Positions 13,184 through 26,670 of a stretch of DNA of 64,000 nucleotides are shown here, piece after piece. The stretch is from Marsupella aquatica (taxonomy: Eukaryota > Plantae > Marchantiophyta): assembly GCA_973895155.1 (NCBI GenBank), contig OZ316896.1, positions 16,221,652 to 16,285,651 on the forward strand, in the 5' to 3' direction. The notes under the pieces are model-generated. The model was not told where the DNA came from and ran no database searches. It was given only the letters and a program-made list of their open reading frames with translations. The translations under genes were made by a program, and so were the position numbers. Every line of letters starts with the position of its first letter. Positions within the stretch are counted from its first letter, which is position 1.

Positions 13184-16100
13184 CAAACATGCATTATAGT
13201 AAGTACTTTCTGTCCAAAAAACAATTACTTTGGGGCAACAGATTATGTGAGTAGCAAGGGTATCCAAAAATGTTTACATGCCAGTAACTTGCCTTCCTGA
13301 CAGAATTTATGTTGTGGTAAGTCAGGGTTCACTTACAAACTAGTCAGGGTCTACTTCACAAAGTGAAATATCCTTCCTCAAAGCTTGATGGGACCCTTGC
13401 CAAAATTAGTTTGTGGACCCCTTGGCTAATAAAATCCGGGGGAAGAGTCGATCTGAGTCGTCTCCATTTCTTATCTCCGGAAATCTCGTCTGTCCATCAT
13501 AATGGCCAATCTATGGCTCAAAAGAAAGATCTCAAATAGATCTATGGATGGGATCTGTCCGTTTTGCAAATGGGTTAATATTTTTCAAATGAAAAATTAC
13601 ACAAATCCAAGCCTTCCTAGCCGTCAATTTTGTTGATTTTATGATCTTTGCCGTCCATTTTGTAATGCCTCTAGAAATCTTATTCATCCATGTAGAAGGC
13701 AATCTAGGGTGCAAAAGAAAGATCTCAATGACATCTACGACTGGGTATTTTTTGTTTTGAGAATGAGTAAATAGTTTTGAGTATAAAATTTGATGAACTT
13801 TCAAGATTCCAGCCATTCCTCCTCCCCGATCCTGAGTTTCTATGTGCTCTTCCCAGCATTAATGACCGTACAATACGAGAGGTCGTTACATACCGGGAGT
13901 TGCGGTTTAACAAGGAAGTTATCAAGTTAGTTATTAGTCATTATTTATTATATGAAAAATACTTTTTATAAATCTTTGAATTTAAGTTTTAAAATTGGAA
14001 ATGTAACTAAAACGGTTACATCGTGACAGTTTTTACCGTCTTGTTCTTTGTATTTCTAATGTTTTTATTTTTCTTTTTATGGCACGGCGTCCCAAAATTT
14101 ACACCCAAATTGACACAAACACGAATGAAAACTATAAGTTTGATTCACAAAACCGACGAGTCTTGTTTGTTGCGGTTGTTGTTGACGTGGCATGCTGTGG
14201 TGCCAGGAATTTTGGAAGGGACCTCTAGTGGGGTCCGTAACAAATTTTAGTGATAGGCCCCTACTAAATCTTTGTTACAAGCTAGGCCCCCCAACAAAAA
14301 GTTATTACCAACTAGGCCCCCTACATAGGTTCCATACACACGGTTCTTATGTGGTGCCTTAATGCATGGTCAACCGTATATTTCCCACTGCAATTGATTG
14401 CACATTGCGTTGCAGTCCACTGCGCATACATCTATGTTTGAAGACATAATGAGTTATGTTTTCACATGTCTTCACATGATTTTAGAGTATATCTATGCTT
14501 GAAGACATAATGGATTATGTGGTCATATGATTATAGAATTTTAAGTGATCCACTATTATAGGGTAGTGGGTTCAGACAACATTTAGTCTAGTTCTTGCAG
14601 GCCATTGGTAGTTAATTTATAACATTTGACAATTTTTCACTCGTCCGCAATCCAACAAATGACATCAAGAAAATCTGAAACTTTGCCACATAATAAATTG
14701 AACATCAGAGAACATGTTGGACAAGATTGAGCTTAAGAAAAGATATTCAAAAGTTGTCCAACTAAATGCATGTCTGATAAAAACTAGCGTTTTACAGTTG
14801 GTCACGCTGGTTGGAAAAACTACTTGGGGCGACTTCTCAAATTGAAACGTCATTTCAAAGATAGCCGGTTAGTGTCGATTTTGGGTGTAAAGTGAAGCAA
14901 CATGAATCACAGTCTATGCAGATGGGCAAAGCAAGCCCCTCAGTCCATTAGGGCTTAGCTTCCGGGCAAGTACCCAATTCCATCAAACTACGCTCACTGA
15001 TGAGTGCAGGGTAAGGGTTGAGCTTAAGTTCCCACGACAGAACTGACCACAAAGCTCAGTACTGATAGTGGGCCATAATTGCACTGTACAATTCTTGTGT
15101 GATCGGTGGAATTGCACATTTCTCTTGCTTGCTCAATTCAACATGGCAGCAAGTCACGGTATAAATTACACTTCCAAGGAGCTGAAGCAGGTTTGCTACA
15201 GTGTCCTTCATGTTTTGCAGGATCTGTGTGTTGGTGCTATGCAGGGGGCAGAGAAATTGGGATAGGATGACAGATGAGTATGAATGTGCAGGTATTGTGG
15301 TCTTCGAGCTCATAATTTGTGAGCCAAGTGCAATTGCACAGCAGGCCAATCTGGTTCAAACCATTGCAAGGGCGGTCCAAGAGCACAGTTTGTAAATGGG
15401 GTCTATTTTCAGGAATACCCTTGGAGAGAGAAACTTTTGAAGACCCGACACGTAGCAGATAAATATTGTGCCTCCACACTTTCCTGATTGTGAGTGAAAA
15501 TCAACAGAAAGTTTCCAAAGTTGGAGATGCTCACTCAAGTGAAATGACCTGGTGTTGAGATTTAAATAAGTGAATTCCTTTTAAGGAATAATTATGGCCA
15601 ATAACTTTCAGTAAAAATACAAAAGCAAAATCACAATGAGAGTTTACGCTCCCACGGACCACCATGGCTCCTTACTCAAAAGAAAAGACAACTCACATGT
15701 TTGTCTAAATACACAAGGGTTCCCATGGACCACCATGTTTGGCAGGATATAAATTTTGTGTAGATGGGCACACTTTTGGATTTGAAAAACTGCTAGGTAA
15801 ATCCGATACCACAATCTGGAAGTCCTAGTGCAGATGCAAATAGTTTCACTGTAACATTAGAGTTACTAATTTTATTTCATATCTAGACCCAGAAATTTAT
15901 CCATACACAATTTGTGTTCATAAGACTAAGGGCAGTCTCATGTCCAGTCTCCTTGAGTTTCCGGCCTGAACTGAACACCTGGCATGCCAACATTGAGTAA
16001 GATTTGTGTGCCTCAACCTCCTTCTTAGGCAGGCCTGACTGCATGGACTGCACACAAAGTGGAGACCTTATGGCAAAAATTGCACAGGCTTCCACAGTTC

Positions 16101-17236
16101 CCACGTACCAGGTTAAGCAAAGTGTGGAGATTTGGATATGCTCTTTACCAATACTTTTGGGAGTGCTAGTGGCTAGAAACTTGTGAGATGATACATGGAA
16201 GACTGCCCTAATTGAGGTGCACAGTGTAGTTTGCAACCTAGAGCTACTATACTCAGGCAAGTACTGTTCACTCTCACCAACATCACATGCCACTAGGGAG
16301 TGCATTTCAGCATGTAATGGCTCTAACCGCATTTGATTTTACTAGTCTGCATGACACAAGTTGCATGCAACGGTACCTCCTGCAAGATCAGGGGTTTCGA
16401 ATGGAGGTTGTCGTCTTAAGTATAGTCCTCCTCCCTGATAATAAGATTGGTTAGTGCTTGACGATATTCTGCAACACAAAGGTTGTCAACGAATGTAGAA
16501 CAGGATGGGGCAGCCAGGAGGAATGTTTTAGAAGAAATCAAGCGTTATCAGATTTAGAGGCGAGAGTACAGGAACCACATGCCCATTTCTGGCCGATTTC
16601 TATGATCTGAGATGCCAAGCTGAAGTACTTAAAGGCAGGTTGCTGACAAACGCTATAGTTAATTACAACAAACATCTACTGTACTTTTCTCTGTGCAAGT
16701 TTGTGCATTCCTTTGGACGATTGGGGTTTTGTGAACCATACTCAGAAATCAATTCAATTAAGGACTAACAGTATTGGGGCAGGGTTCAATCCAGCTTATG
16801 TCGTACGTTCCCTAATGATGCTGGACAGGTCTGCAGTGCTCAACTTCTCCTTGCATTTGGATTTTACGGTTTCCATTTCATGTCGACCTTCAACTTACTG
16901 GTTAGTGGAAATGCAACAATTGAAACAGCTTTACTGAGGCGACAATAGAGACAAATTTATCAGAGGAAATGAGACACATCAACTCCCTAGAGTCCCTCTC
17001 CACAAGACCAGAGGAAATCCACGTAAAATCTTGAAAAATCACCTCAGTCGTCTCGTACATTTCTCAACTAATGTTATTTCCTATTGACGATCGGAAAACA
17101 ATGAAGAACATCTAAACTACAATTTCATTATGCCTGGCCTCCATTAAATTAGTCCTTAGGATGAAGATTTTCATTCTAGCGCTGGCGCTTGAAACTCAGA
17201 TTATTGTCATTTGATGGAGCCAAGCGTTGTGCCATC

Positions 17237-17414
17237 GCTGATGCCTTCATCTCTCAAATTCTGAACGGTTTCCAGCCCACTCGGAAAGATCAAACCTTGA
17301 GTGTTAGAAGTGAACGCCAAGTAGCTGACGCCTCCATCTCTCAATCCTGGAAAGATTTTCAGCCCACTCCGAAAGATCAAACCTTGAATTTGAAAGTGAA
17401 CTCTAAGTAGCTAA
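17237..17414. repeat. 87-bp tandem duplication (diverged)
   Basis: gctga(t/c)gcct.catctctcaa...cagcccactc.gaaagatcaaaccttga...aagtagct at 17237 and 17324. Confidence 0.85.
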
Positions 17415-18514
17415 TCCATCGCTGACAACGACAACCTAATTGGTCAAGTGCATACCCCAAACAAAAATGCAAGCGAGTACAATAGATGCGGGGAATTGTC
17501 GAAGGAAACTCTGACACGAATCTGTGTTCGCAATAAAGACTATACACACTTTTGCAGTAACTTATTTTCGGCTTTCGGCTTTAGTGGTACAATCGGGTGC
17601 AAAAAAACGACCGAGTCTGATGCACGACGCTCAGTAGCAAAGTTGGAAGGCTTCAATCACTGCTTGGACATGTCAACCTAGACTTTGGAAAGCTTCCAAG
17701 AAGGATTGATGAGATATCCGCACCATGATAAGCATGGGCTGCTCAATCTTTTGATTCGTGCACCGAGCATAGAGCTTTCCGGAATATTCTCAAAACTGCA
17801 TTTTTTCTTTCTTTGGAAGGTACTTGTAACTGCTCAGCATATATAACTCGTCCATACATCCAAAACTACTTGTGCAATTCAGGTGACACCACAGTAACTT
17901 CTTATCCACTATGGTACTACAAACTCCCCACAATGTCAGCGTTTACAAAGGTGCATGTGGTATTTGCAACAAGTTGCGTTCCCATAGCTTGAAGGCTACA
18001 AAAGAAAACCCACTGTACATCACAGCTCATTTAAAATTTGTTGGGTTCAAGAACCCGAAGCCACATGGACACCACTGGTTGACAAACGCTAACATAATCC
18101 TACTACTCATACAGAAGGTTCTACTGTTGTCTGTGCCTAGCCTGTTTTAATTTGTCCATACGTAGCTATTGTAATGGGGCCATTGTGCTACTATATCGGA
18201 GACTGCACGACTCTCCGAAGAAAATTTCCTCGAAGAAGGTGCTTTCGAAGTTTCATGTACAAAAGCACTGCCGAGCTGTCCTCGGGACATTGAGCAAACT
18301 TCGCGGACAGTTCTCTCTTGAGGAATGCAGCAAAACAATTCTGCCGGGACAACTGAACGGAGTAGAAAAACATTTCCGAATCGAACTTAAAATTCTTGCT
18401 TTCGTCGCAGCTTTCAATTTCAGTATCTACAGGACCTCTACCTGGTGATGGAGTCAACTTGACACCAGCAATGATCGGGTCTCTAATTGACCGGACATTT
18501 CTTGTCTTTGAAAC

Positions 18515-19340
18515 TTAAGCGGAAGCGGCCTGACGTACATCTTCTGAGGATGCAGAAGACTTTGCTTTCTTGTCCTTATAGTCTCTTACAGCTGCCTTGA
18601 TGGCATCCTCGGCCAACATACTGCAGTGCAACTTTACTGGTGGCAGAGAAAGATGCTTTGCGATATCACTGCCACAAAACAACAAAGAGATGAACGGTAT
18701 GAGACACACAGTACGACAACACGAGACAACTCTCTCTCAAAGACAGGCATCTGAGACGAAATCAGACCTGAATTCACATGCAACACTCTAATGAACAGAT
18801 CCCATCATGTGAAGTCCTAAGAAACCAATGAACAACTGGAGATCACTCACCTGTTCTTGATTGTCAGCACCTCCGCCATGGGCTTTCCCTTGATCCACTC
18901 AGTGGCTGCAGAGGTCCCGTTACAGCCGAAAGTTAGGGCTACGGATTATAACAATGAATTACAGATGGAAACCCAAAAAAGCAATCCCAACCACAACCAC
19001 AAACTCTTCAACTCGGGAACAAGGAAAGCCATGCGTACGTACCAACAGAAGAGGAGGCGATGGCCGAGCCACACCCAAAGGTCTTGAAACAAGAATCCAC
19101 GATATTCCCGTCATCATCGACCTTAATCTGCAGCTTCATCACATCCCCGCAGGCCGGAGCACCAACGAGACCAGTTCCAACATTGGGATCGTTCTTATCG
19201 AAAGATCCGACGTTTCGTGGGTTGTTGTAATGCTCCACCACCTTCTCATGATACGCGCGCTTTAATTGAATCAAAGCGCCATTTACATTCCCCGCACCTC
19301 CGGCGGTGCTCGTCACCCGCCTTGCAATCTGAGCCAACAT
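18515..19340 (-). CDS. ISU1: Mitochondrial iron-sulfur cluster scaffold protein IscU/ISU1 (168 aa); 3 coding exons
   Basis: Exons 19340-19043, 18905-18851 and 18668-18515. Motifs YHEKVVEHYNNPRNVGS, GAPACGDVMKLQI, FKTFGCGSAIASSS and LPPVKLHCSMLAEDAIKAA; the N-terminus resembles a presequence. Confidence 0.97.
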
Positions 19341-19765
19341 GACGCCGGTGTGGTCGCTAGAACCTGTCAGCGACAAACGAACAATTGCCCGGAAGCACAA
19401 CAAGAGCCAAAACACAATCAGAAATCTCCTTCAAAACTCAGGCATCCAGCCAGTAACTGGCCAAACCACAGGCATGAATAAAACCCTAAGGAGATTCACA
19501 TGAATGCAAATCAGCCGAAGTATCGATACATCCGAGTTTCCCCCGCCCCACAGCAAGGGCCGAGAATTGGCAATTGATTTTCGTCTCCTAAGAGAAAAGA
19601 GACTCACTGCCTCAGGAGTCTGAAGCGGCAGCCTGAGAAGCTCTCCGCCAGTCTCAGAGGGTCTCCGCCAAGTAAAACAGCAGAAGAAGGAGAAGGGGAA
19701 GGAGGATAATCGAGGGGCGAAGAAGCTTGCCAAGCCCTAACAACCTTATCCGCTTGCTTGCTTCG

Positions 19766-20008
19766 CTAAGACCGGGAGAAGTCGGAGTCGAAGGCGAATG
19801 GGGAAGCGGGGCGCAGGAAAAACGCGAACACGGAGCAGAAGAGGCAGAAGAAGAGCACGGACAAGTACACGAAGCCGAACCAGAGCACGAAGGAGACGTT
19901 GAGCAGGACCCAGAATGACAGGAAGCTCCACGAGTTCACCGGCAGTCCGTCGCAGATCGAATTGAGAACCAGAAACAACGACGAGAAGGTCGCGACGTCA
20001 GCCAGCAG
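19766..20008 (-). CDS. Putative AUG-less hydrophobic ORF (~80 aa) upstream of ISU1
   Basis: LLADVATFSSLFLVLNSICDGLPVNSWSFLSFWVLLNVSFVLWFGFVYLSVLFFCLFCSVFAFFLRPASPFAFDSDFSRS*. Nearly all codons end in G or C (TTC, GTG, CTC, TCC, GCG). There is no in-frame ATG, so the start is uncertain. Confidence 0.45.
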   Translation of the reverse strand: MLADVATFSSLFLVLNSICDGLPVNSWSFLSFWVLLNVSFVLWFGFVYLSVLFFCLFCSVFAFFLRPASPFAFDSDFSRS

Positions 20009-20014
20009 TTCGCT

Positions 20015-20095
20015 CTGCTTGATTGCCTGCCTGCTTGCTTGCTTGCTTCCTTCCTTCCTTCGTTCCTTCCTTCCTTCCTTCCTTCCTTTTTCTCT
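20015..20095. repeat. (TGCT/TGCC)n-(TTCC)n microsatellite
   Basis: Direct inspection. Confidence 0.85.
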
Positions 20096-23000
20096 CAAAT
20101 TCGATCCAAAATCCCAAATCCAAAACCCCCCAAATCGTATTTCGTTTCGTGCAGTTCCAGCAGCACTGGTTCAATGCGTGAAACAATCAATCACACCTCA
20201 AATCCGAGCAATTCACTTCAGCGAATCGATCAGTACTCGAATCAGATCAGCCTCCGCAGCAAAACAGGGGAGAGCAGAAGAAGAAGAGAACACAGAGAGA
20301 TTGCGGGGAAAACAAGAGGAGAGGAGAGGAGAGGAGAGGACATTAGAGGCGGAAAGCATTAGAGGGAGAGGGCGACGTTCTTTGAGGGTGGAGGGGGCAG
20401 GGGGCGGAAACCCGGAGGGTAAGGCAAAGACACCTTTTGACGTGGCCACTTTTGTACCTTCTCGACGCCGCTTGTCTTGTCGACGAGGGCCCCCCGGACA
20501 AGAGTGGTCCTTCTATTCTATTCGAGTATCACTTTTATCGATATGGAAGAACCAAAACCCTTTATTAATTAAGTACAAGAAGGGCCCAAAGTACAATGAA
20601 GGGAAAGTCGAGTCACTCCAGCTCCAAATTCTCCAAATCTCGGGACACTGGAAGGTGGACATAATTTACAAAAGCGCCAAACAAAGTCCAATGAAGGGAA
20701 GCAAATTAGGTCCAAAGAGAGCAAACACTAAAACAATTTATAGTCTTATAGTCGTCAATCACTTACTGTGGGTACTAGTGTGCCCAGACTTGTCCCCCTA
20801 GACTACATTCCTGTCCCAATTGCAGATTTAGTTAAAACACTGTATGTGGGCCATTATCTCTTGTCACATTTGTTTTAGATGTGGACCTTAGTCCATCCCA
20901 CTAGTTAAGAATTAAAATATATATTCCCCTTTTTTCTTTTCTTTTTCTTTAGAGGCACACTTGCCCTTCTTTTTCTTGTTTGGTGTTTGTCCTCTTTGGA
21001 ACTCTTTCACTTTCCCTCATCGGACTTTGTTTTTCCCCTTTTTTTACAACGTATGGTTCTTTGTTAATTAAAAGAAGAGGCAAATGAAACCCCCACAAAT
21101 TTAGGAAGAGAACAAATAGGGACAGCTACCCACTGCAATAGTGTGATGAACCATAGTTCACATCTAACAGAAAAATGTTAGGAGCTAATGGTCCACATCT
21201 AGCACCTAACTAAAGTGAGACATGGATGTACTCTAATGGGACAAGACTTTGTGTAGGCCCCAGAGTGAGTGATTTACAATAGATTGTCTGAGCTTGAGCA
21301 CATTATAATGTCACTGAAAGTTGCCAACGCCAACTAAAGTGCATAGTCAAAACACATAGTGGTAGTTATAAACTGTAAACTTGCTTACCTGAGTGAACAA
21401 TGGCAGTTGAATTGTTTTAATTTATCTTGACTAGTATGCAATGTTGCTCTTTCTTTTTCTCAGTTCTGTTTACTCAATGTTATCTGGATATTTTAACCAA
21501 AGTATCTAAACTAGTATGCAAGTTGGATGTTTCTTTCTCAAGTCTATTTACTAAATGTGATTCAGGCAGGAAGTCTTATGGTGAATTTTCATAAGCATGA
21601 CAGGGGCGTAGATTCTTCCCCCAGGAAAAATATGAGCAAAAATAAAAACCAATCCACAAAAACCCTGTACCCATTATTATATGCATTGACATGTTTATGA
21701 TCCCTTGTTGAATATATATTCCAAAAAATGTGTTTCCAAAGTAGGAGTTTTAAGTACTTTAGTATAAGTAATAGCCCAACCGGGCTAAAACTAGAATTCA
21801 TGTGTTCCTCATTTAAATTATATCCAATGAGTGATTCCCAGGGGGGCACTCTCCCCACAACTCTAACACTCCTTGTAATCAAGCTGCCAGGCCAACTAAT
21901 CATCTCCATGTAGCGTCTGCCGCCTGGCCACCTCACTTATGCTCAAAATCACTTATTAAGGACTATACTATGCAACGAATGGGCTAATTTATCAATAAAA
22001 TGCATTTCATTGCACCCCAAAGCAAGTCGCAGCTGATGGACCTTGCAATAAAGATGTACCTCGGATCGATGTCCCTCACCTGCTTTATAGTCACAAGGAG
22101 AGAAAAAGACATGAGGGGCTACCCAATTGAGCTGGGGACATCTTGAACCACTCTTCCTTTGGGCATTAAAAAATTCTCAAATGCAATTGGAATCAATGGT
22201 CATTAGTTGCCCTTTTAACACTTAAAGTGGAGCTTGAGACCTTGAGTTGTTGTTGAGAAATCAGCTCAAAAGATGATCATCCACAATCATCCACTAGACT
22301 GGGTTTTACTGTACGAGAATGTTAGTCCTCATTAAATGATACCTTTTGTAAATACCTAGATCACGCCCATTTACTGTAGGTTGCGGGACCCTACCTGAAT
22401 TTATGCTTTCGGACAATAATACTTAATAATATTGACCACGGCAACTTGTGATGTAAGCTTTGGTTCTCCACCACATGATTGCACCTTTACTAAGTACTCT
22501 CGATGTCACACGTCGAATAGATGGATTCGTTTAGGTGGTGGAATGGGACTGTCTTCCACATAGAACATGGGGTTTACTCACTACATTTGCTTTAATGTAA
22601 TCTCTTAGGAGTAGCTATAGGGGGTCAATTTGGAGTCCCTGTGCCACACATTGGGCACACTCCAATGTGTGCTAATCCTCAGCTTTTGAGGTGCCTGAGC
22701 AGGGTGCAGCCTTTATGGCCCACCCATCACGCACAAAACACAAGACAATCTGTTTTATGCTTTGTTTTGACCTGATTTGACTGTAAGTTTTGAGAACAGT
22801 GAGGTAATTTGTCAACTCTGGAATCTTTTCTGTCATCCACTTTGCAGGGGAAAAAGCTATGTTCTGAAATTCTACCATGTCAATTACTATACAAGCGATG
22901 AAACATGAAATTATATGGGAGGACGATTGAAATTTTAAGGGTGATGATTAATGCCTTCAATGTAAGAATAAAGGCATGCAAAATTTTAAAACTTTCGATT

Positions 23001-24612
23001 CCACAACAAAAATAATGATCTCAGCCAAAGAGGAAAAAGAAATGTTCAATCCAAAGTGCCCAGAAGACATCCCTCAGTACCTGAACACTCAATTTGAACA
23101 AGAGAAAGACCTCTTGACCTCCAAGAATGTAACAATTTTGTCGAAGGACAAAACAAGGGAAAAACCACAATTCTACACTTGCAATGCAATAGAGCCAATG
23201 AGTTGCTTAACATTTTGAGTGTCGTCCTTCTCAAAATGAGTTGGATAAGGACTTTGCAGTCAAGTTGAACTTGTTCCACCTGTTCAGCTTATTAATTCCT
23301 AGAAGTTCCTCCAGTTGGGGCAAAGTGGGTATTTTAAGCTACATGAGGGAATGTCAAAAAGGTGTTCCGTGGCGGTTTTACAAGACTGGAATGCTGCGGG
23401 CTGGGTCGAGAGCTGAAAATCTGTGGTTCCAAAAAATTGCTACCACCACTAACTTGGGTGGTCAGTGCACCGGCATCCACACCAAAAATTGGTCTGTGCA
23501 ATGTGTCAGCGGCTTTCAGAAGAACAGCCAAATTTAAAAACAACAAGTATTTACTTGTCCGTGGGCTGTTGTTGTCAATTGTCTCAAAATGAAAACCCCC
23601 TGGGTTAAGTTTGCACAGGGTAGTGGACACAAATTTTTGTGCAACTACTCACCAAACAGAAAAGGGGAAACAGCCACCTGAGACCCCCTATATTTCAACA
23701 GGAAACAAATTTCAAAAAGTTGGAATTCATTATTCCCAACTAATTGTCACTAGAAGCTAGAGTTCGGGTCTACAATTCTAGAGTGAAGTCTCTAGCCCAT
23801 GACTCTAGGGGTGCAATGGATGTCTGGTGGCAGCCCTTGGCCCTCCCGCTCTCTGGCAAGGATCACATTGCTTGATAAACTGGTGTACATCCTTGTGTAA
23901 GGTTTGCCACCAGTAGCCTCCATCAAAATTTATGTGGATGGAAAGAAGAAGGAGATATTTGTTGTCAAAATGATAATCATGCATGATAATTTAGGTCATC
24001 TTACTAGTACATAGGTTACTTTAAAGGCCTACTATTTAGGATGAAGTCTTTGGAAAGTAACTCCCAATAAGGACAAAACTGAAATTGAAGGTGGACAAAA
24101 AGCAGAGATGGAACCAAAGATGAAGTAAAGTGACATAGATTCTAAATAAAGACAAAACTGCAATGAGGATGGACAAAAAACATGGATGAGACAAAGATGT
24201 ACAAGAAATAACATAGAATATTTTCTTTTATTTTTGGTTGTCATATTTATCTGCCTTCAAGGAACCACTTATAGGGTGTGATGCAAAGCTGCTTTCTAGG
24301 GCTACCATCTAGAGTGAAGCCTCTAGCCCGTAACTCTCAATGATGGACATAAAAGACTCTGACTAAATAAGGACAAAGTTGAAAATGAGAATGGACTAAA
24401 ATGAGGGGAGACAAACTAAATACAGGGATGAGGGCAAAGATGAAAAAGAAATAACATAGAATGTTTTTTTTTTGTAAAATACATTTATCTTCATTTCTAT
24501 TTACTTGAACAGGTAGTCGGGCTAGTCTTTTCTATTCATCTTACTTATAGAGCGCAAAGGGGAAGCTAGAGTGAGGGTCTAGGTTTCTAGAGTGAGGGTA
24601 TATTATGTACAA

Positions 24613-25083
24613 TCTACAACTATAATAAGGGATCCCACATTTCTTGTCCTTTGTCCCAATACCAAAAAGCTCCTGGGCGGGAAAGATCCATAGCCGTTGG
24701 ATTCGAGTAGCTGTTTTTCCTGACCATTGATAGAGGAAATGTGCACCCCTGACACATATGTGCTTTCCACTGCCCCATAAATACCCCGACCCAACTTGCT
24801 ATGGGCTGGCCCTCCTTGCACAGTACAATGCATTGGCATAGGGCTAGTCTTTAACTATAATAAGGGATCTTGCCTATTTTTGTCCTTTGTCCCAATACAA
24901 AAATGTTCCCAAGTGAGAAATATCCACAGCTGTTGGCTTTGATTAACTATTTTCCCTGACCGTTGATGGAAGAAATGTGCACCCCTAGCACATATATGCT
25001 TCCCGCTGCCCCATAAATGCCCCGCCCTGACTCCCTATGGGCCAGCCCTCCTTGCACAGTGCAAGGCACGGGCATAGGGCTTG
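24613..25083 (+). mobile_element. Two head-to-tail non-autonomous Helitrons (~235 bp each)
   Basis: Copy 1 starts A|TCTACAACTATAATAAG (24613) and ends GGGCTAG (24847). Copy 2 starts immediately with TCTTTAACTATAATAAG (24848) and ends gggcttg|t. A subterminal hairpin relic (cagtgcaaggcacggg) is present. Confidence 0.85.
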
Positions 25084-26079
25084 TTCATGGTATATTATGT
25101 ATGATTGTTCATTGTGAATATATTTTGTTACATTTTATTATTCTCTTCCCGGTGTAATCACTTTCAAAGAATGGCTAGTATATATCACATTGCCAAAAAG
25201 ACAAGAACTCCAAACCGGGACACATGCCAAAAAGACAAGAACGCCAAACGGGGAGACATGATCCCAAAGGTGAAACAGTCCAATAAAGGGAGGGGACCCC
25301 CAAGAAGACCAAAGTGGCCCACGAAGTCAAGGAGCAACTCAGAAAAACTAAGAAGCAAACAACAAACAAAAAATCACACTAGGTCCTAAATTAAAAGCCA
25401 AGTAGACCTCAGGACTAAAGAGCATAGTCTGGCCTAGTATTCAAAGGCCTAGTATTGAAAGAATGGGCATTAATGGGCATTAAGGATGGTAAGAAGAGAC
25501 AGCTGACTGGATTTTGTAATGTTGTACTAGGTACGATTGTCGTGAACCATATATCAGTCAGCAACTGATTCACTTTAGCTACAGTAAGTTGGGTGCCCCA
25601 CTTTCTATGGATTCCAACAGAGATATCATTCTACTTGGGTCTGACATCGATTCTGAAGAAAGCCTTGCACATTGTCGGTTGATTCATTTTGTTCTTGGTC
25701 AGTGTCTGGATGGGATGACGAACATGGAGCATCTCAGTCTTTCCACCCTGTAGACCAGACGAAAACTTTTGTCCCAATCTCCTTTCCCATGCAACAGGCA
25801 ATTCGCTCTAATCTATGTAGAGTACTGTTTACGGCGGCTTCCTGCTTTCCACAACTTGCCGAAGGGTAACGTACAGTTTTGCCGTTTCACTGGGAATTTG
25901 GAGCTCCATCGCTGTGAACAGAGCTGTCCACATGGGCTGATGTCTGACCTCCATTCACTGTGGCGAAGATGTACTACTGACCTGATGTGTTACTGACCTG
26001 ATCGTTAGCGAAGCTTGACGATGAAAAGCAGAGAGGATAGGGGCAACGACTACGTTTCTTCTTTCGGTGCAGAGATTTC

Positions 26080-26670
26080 ACTGGCGGTCCCAGATCGTTC
26101 TTGTCTTTGAAGGACTGTTGCATACATGTAAAATTCAATGTCTTTTATTAAATCGTTCAGTGCAGAGCTTTCCCTCCCCTTCCGTTCCTGACTTTAAAGT
26201 AACGGATTCTATATCTAATGAATGAAAAATGATGGCGAGTCCGAATGATATGAAACTCATTTCTGCAACAAGGCAAGAAATGTAATAAGGACTTTAATGT
26301 TAGAAAATCGTTCAGTGGAGAGCTGGCGGCGGTCCCAAATCGTTTTCGTCTTTCATAGTGTGGCAAGAACTTCAGCGTACACGTAATTTCAATGTCCTTA
26401 TTAGTACATGGTTCAGAGCACAGCTCCCCTCCCGTTCCTGACTATGAGGCAAACAATTCGGTATGAAATGGAAAGAAAAATCGTGCGGAGAACGAGTGAC
26501 ATGAACCTCTATTCTGCAACAAAGGCAACAAGTGTAATGGTAGATATGAATTTTGATGTCCTTAAGTAAATCATTCATTGCACAACTCCTACCTTTTCTT
26601 TCCAGACTTTAAAGGAAAATCTAAACTGTATAAAATGGAAGGAATGACATGAAATACTGTTCTGCGACGT
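26080..26670. repeat. Three diverged tandem copies of a ~200-250-bp unit
   Basis: Recurring ggcggtccca.atcgtt, ttcaatgtc.tta, ccgttcctgact and tga.atgaa...ttctgcaac motifs. Confidence 0.7.

Noticed and set aside
15200-15395. Receptor-kinase fragment (GIVVFELIIC...NLVQ)
   Set aside because: A single short motif with no other kinase subdomains nearby.
19899-20801. 300-aa plus-strand ORF
   Set aside because: It has a TTG start, runs through microsatellites antisense to the ISU1 leader and promoter, and has no recognisable domain.
21750-22600. LINE endonuclease relic (also LINE-tail-like tracts at ~5300-5550, 6400-6760 and 25180-25440)
   Set aside because: The resemblance is too degenerate to support a call by eye.
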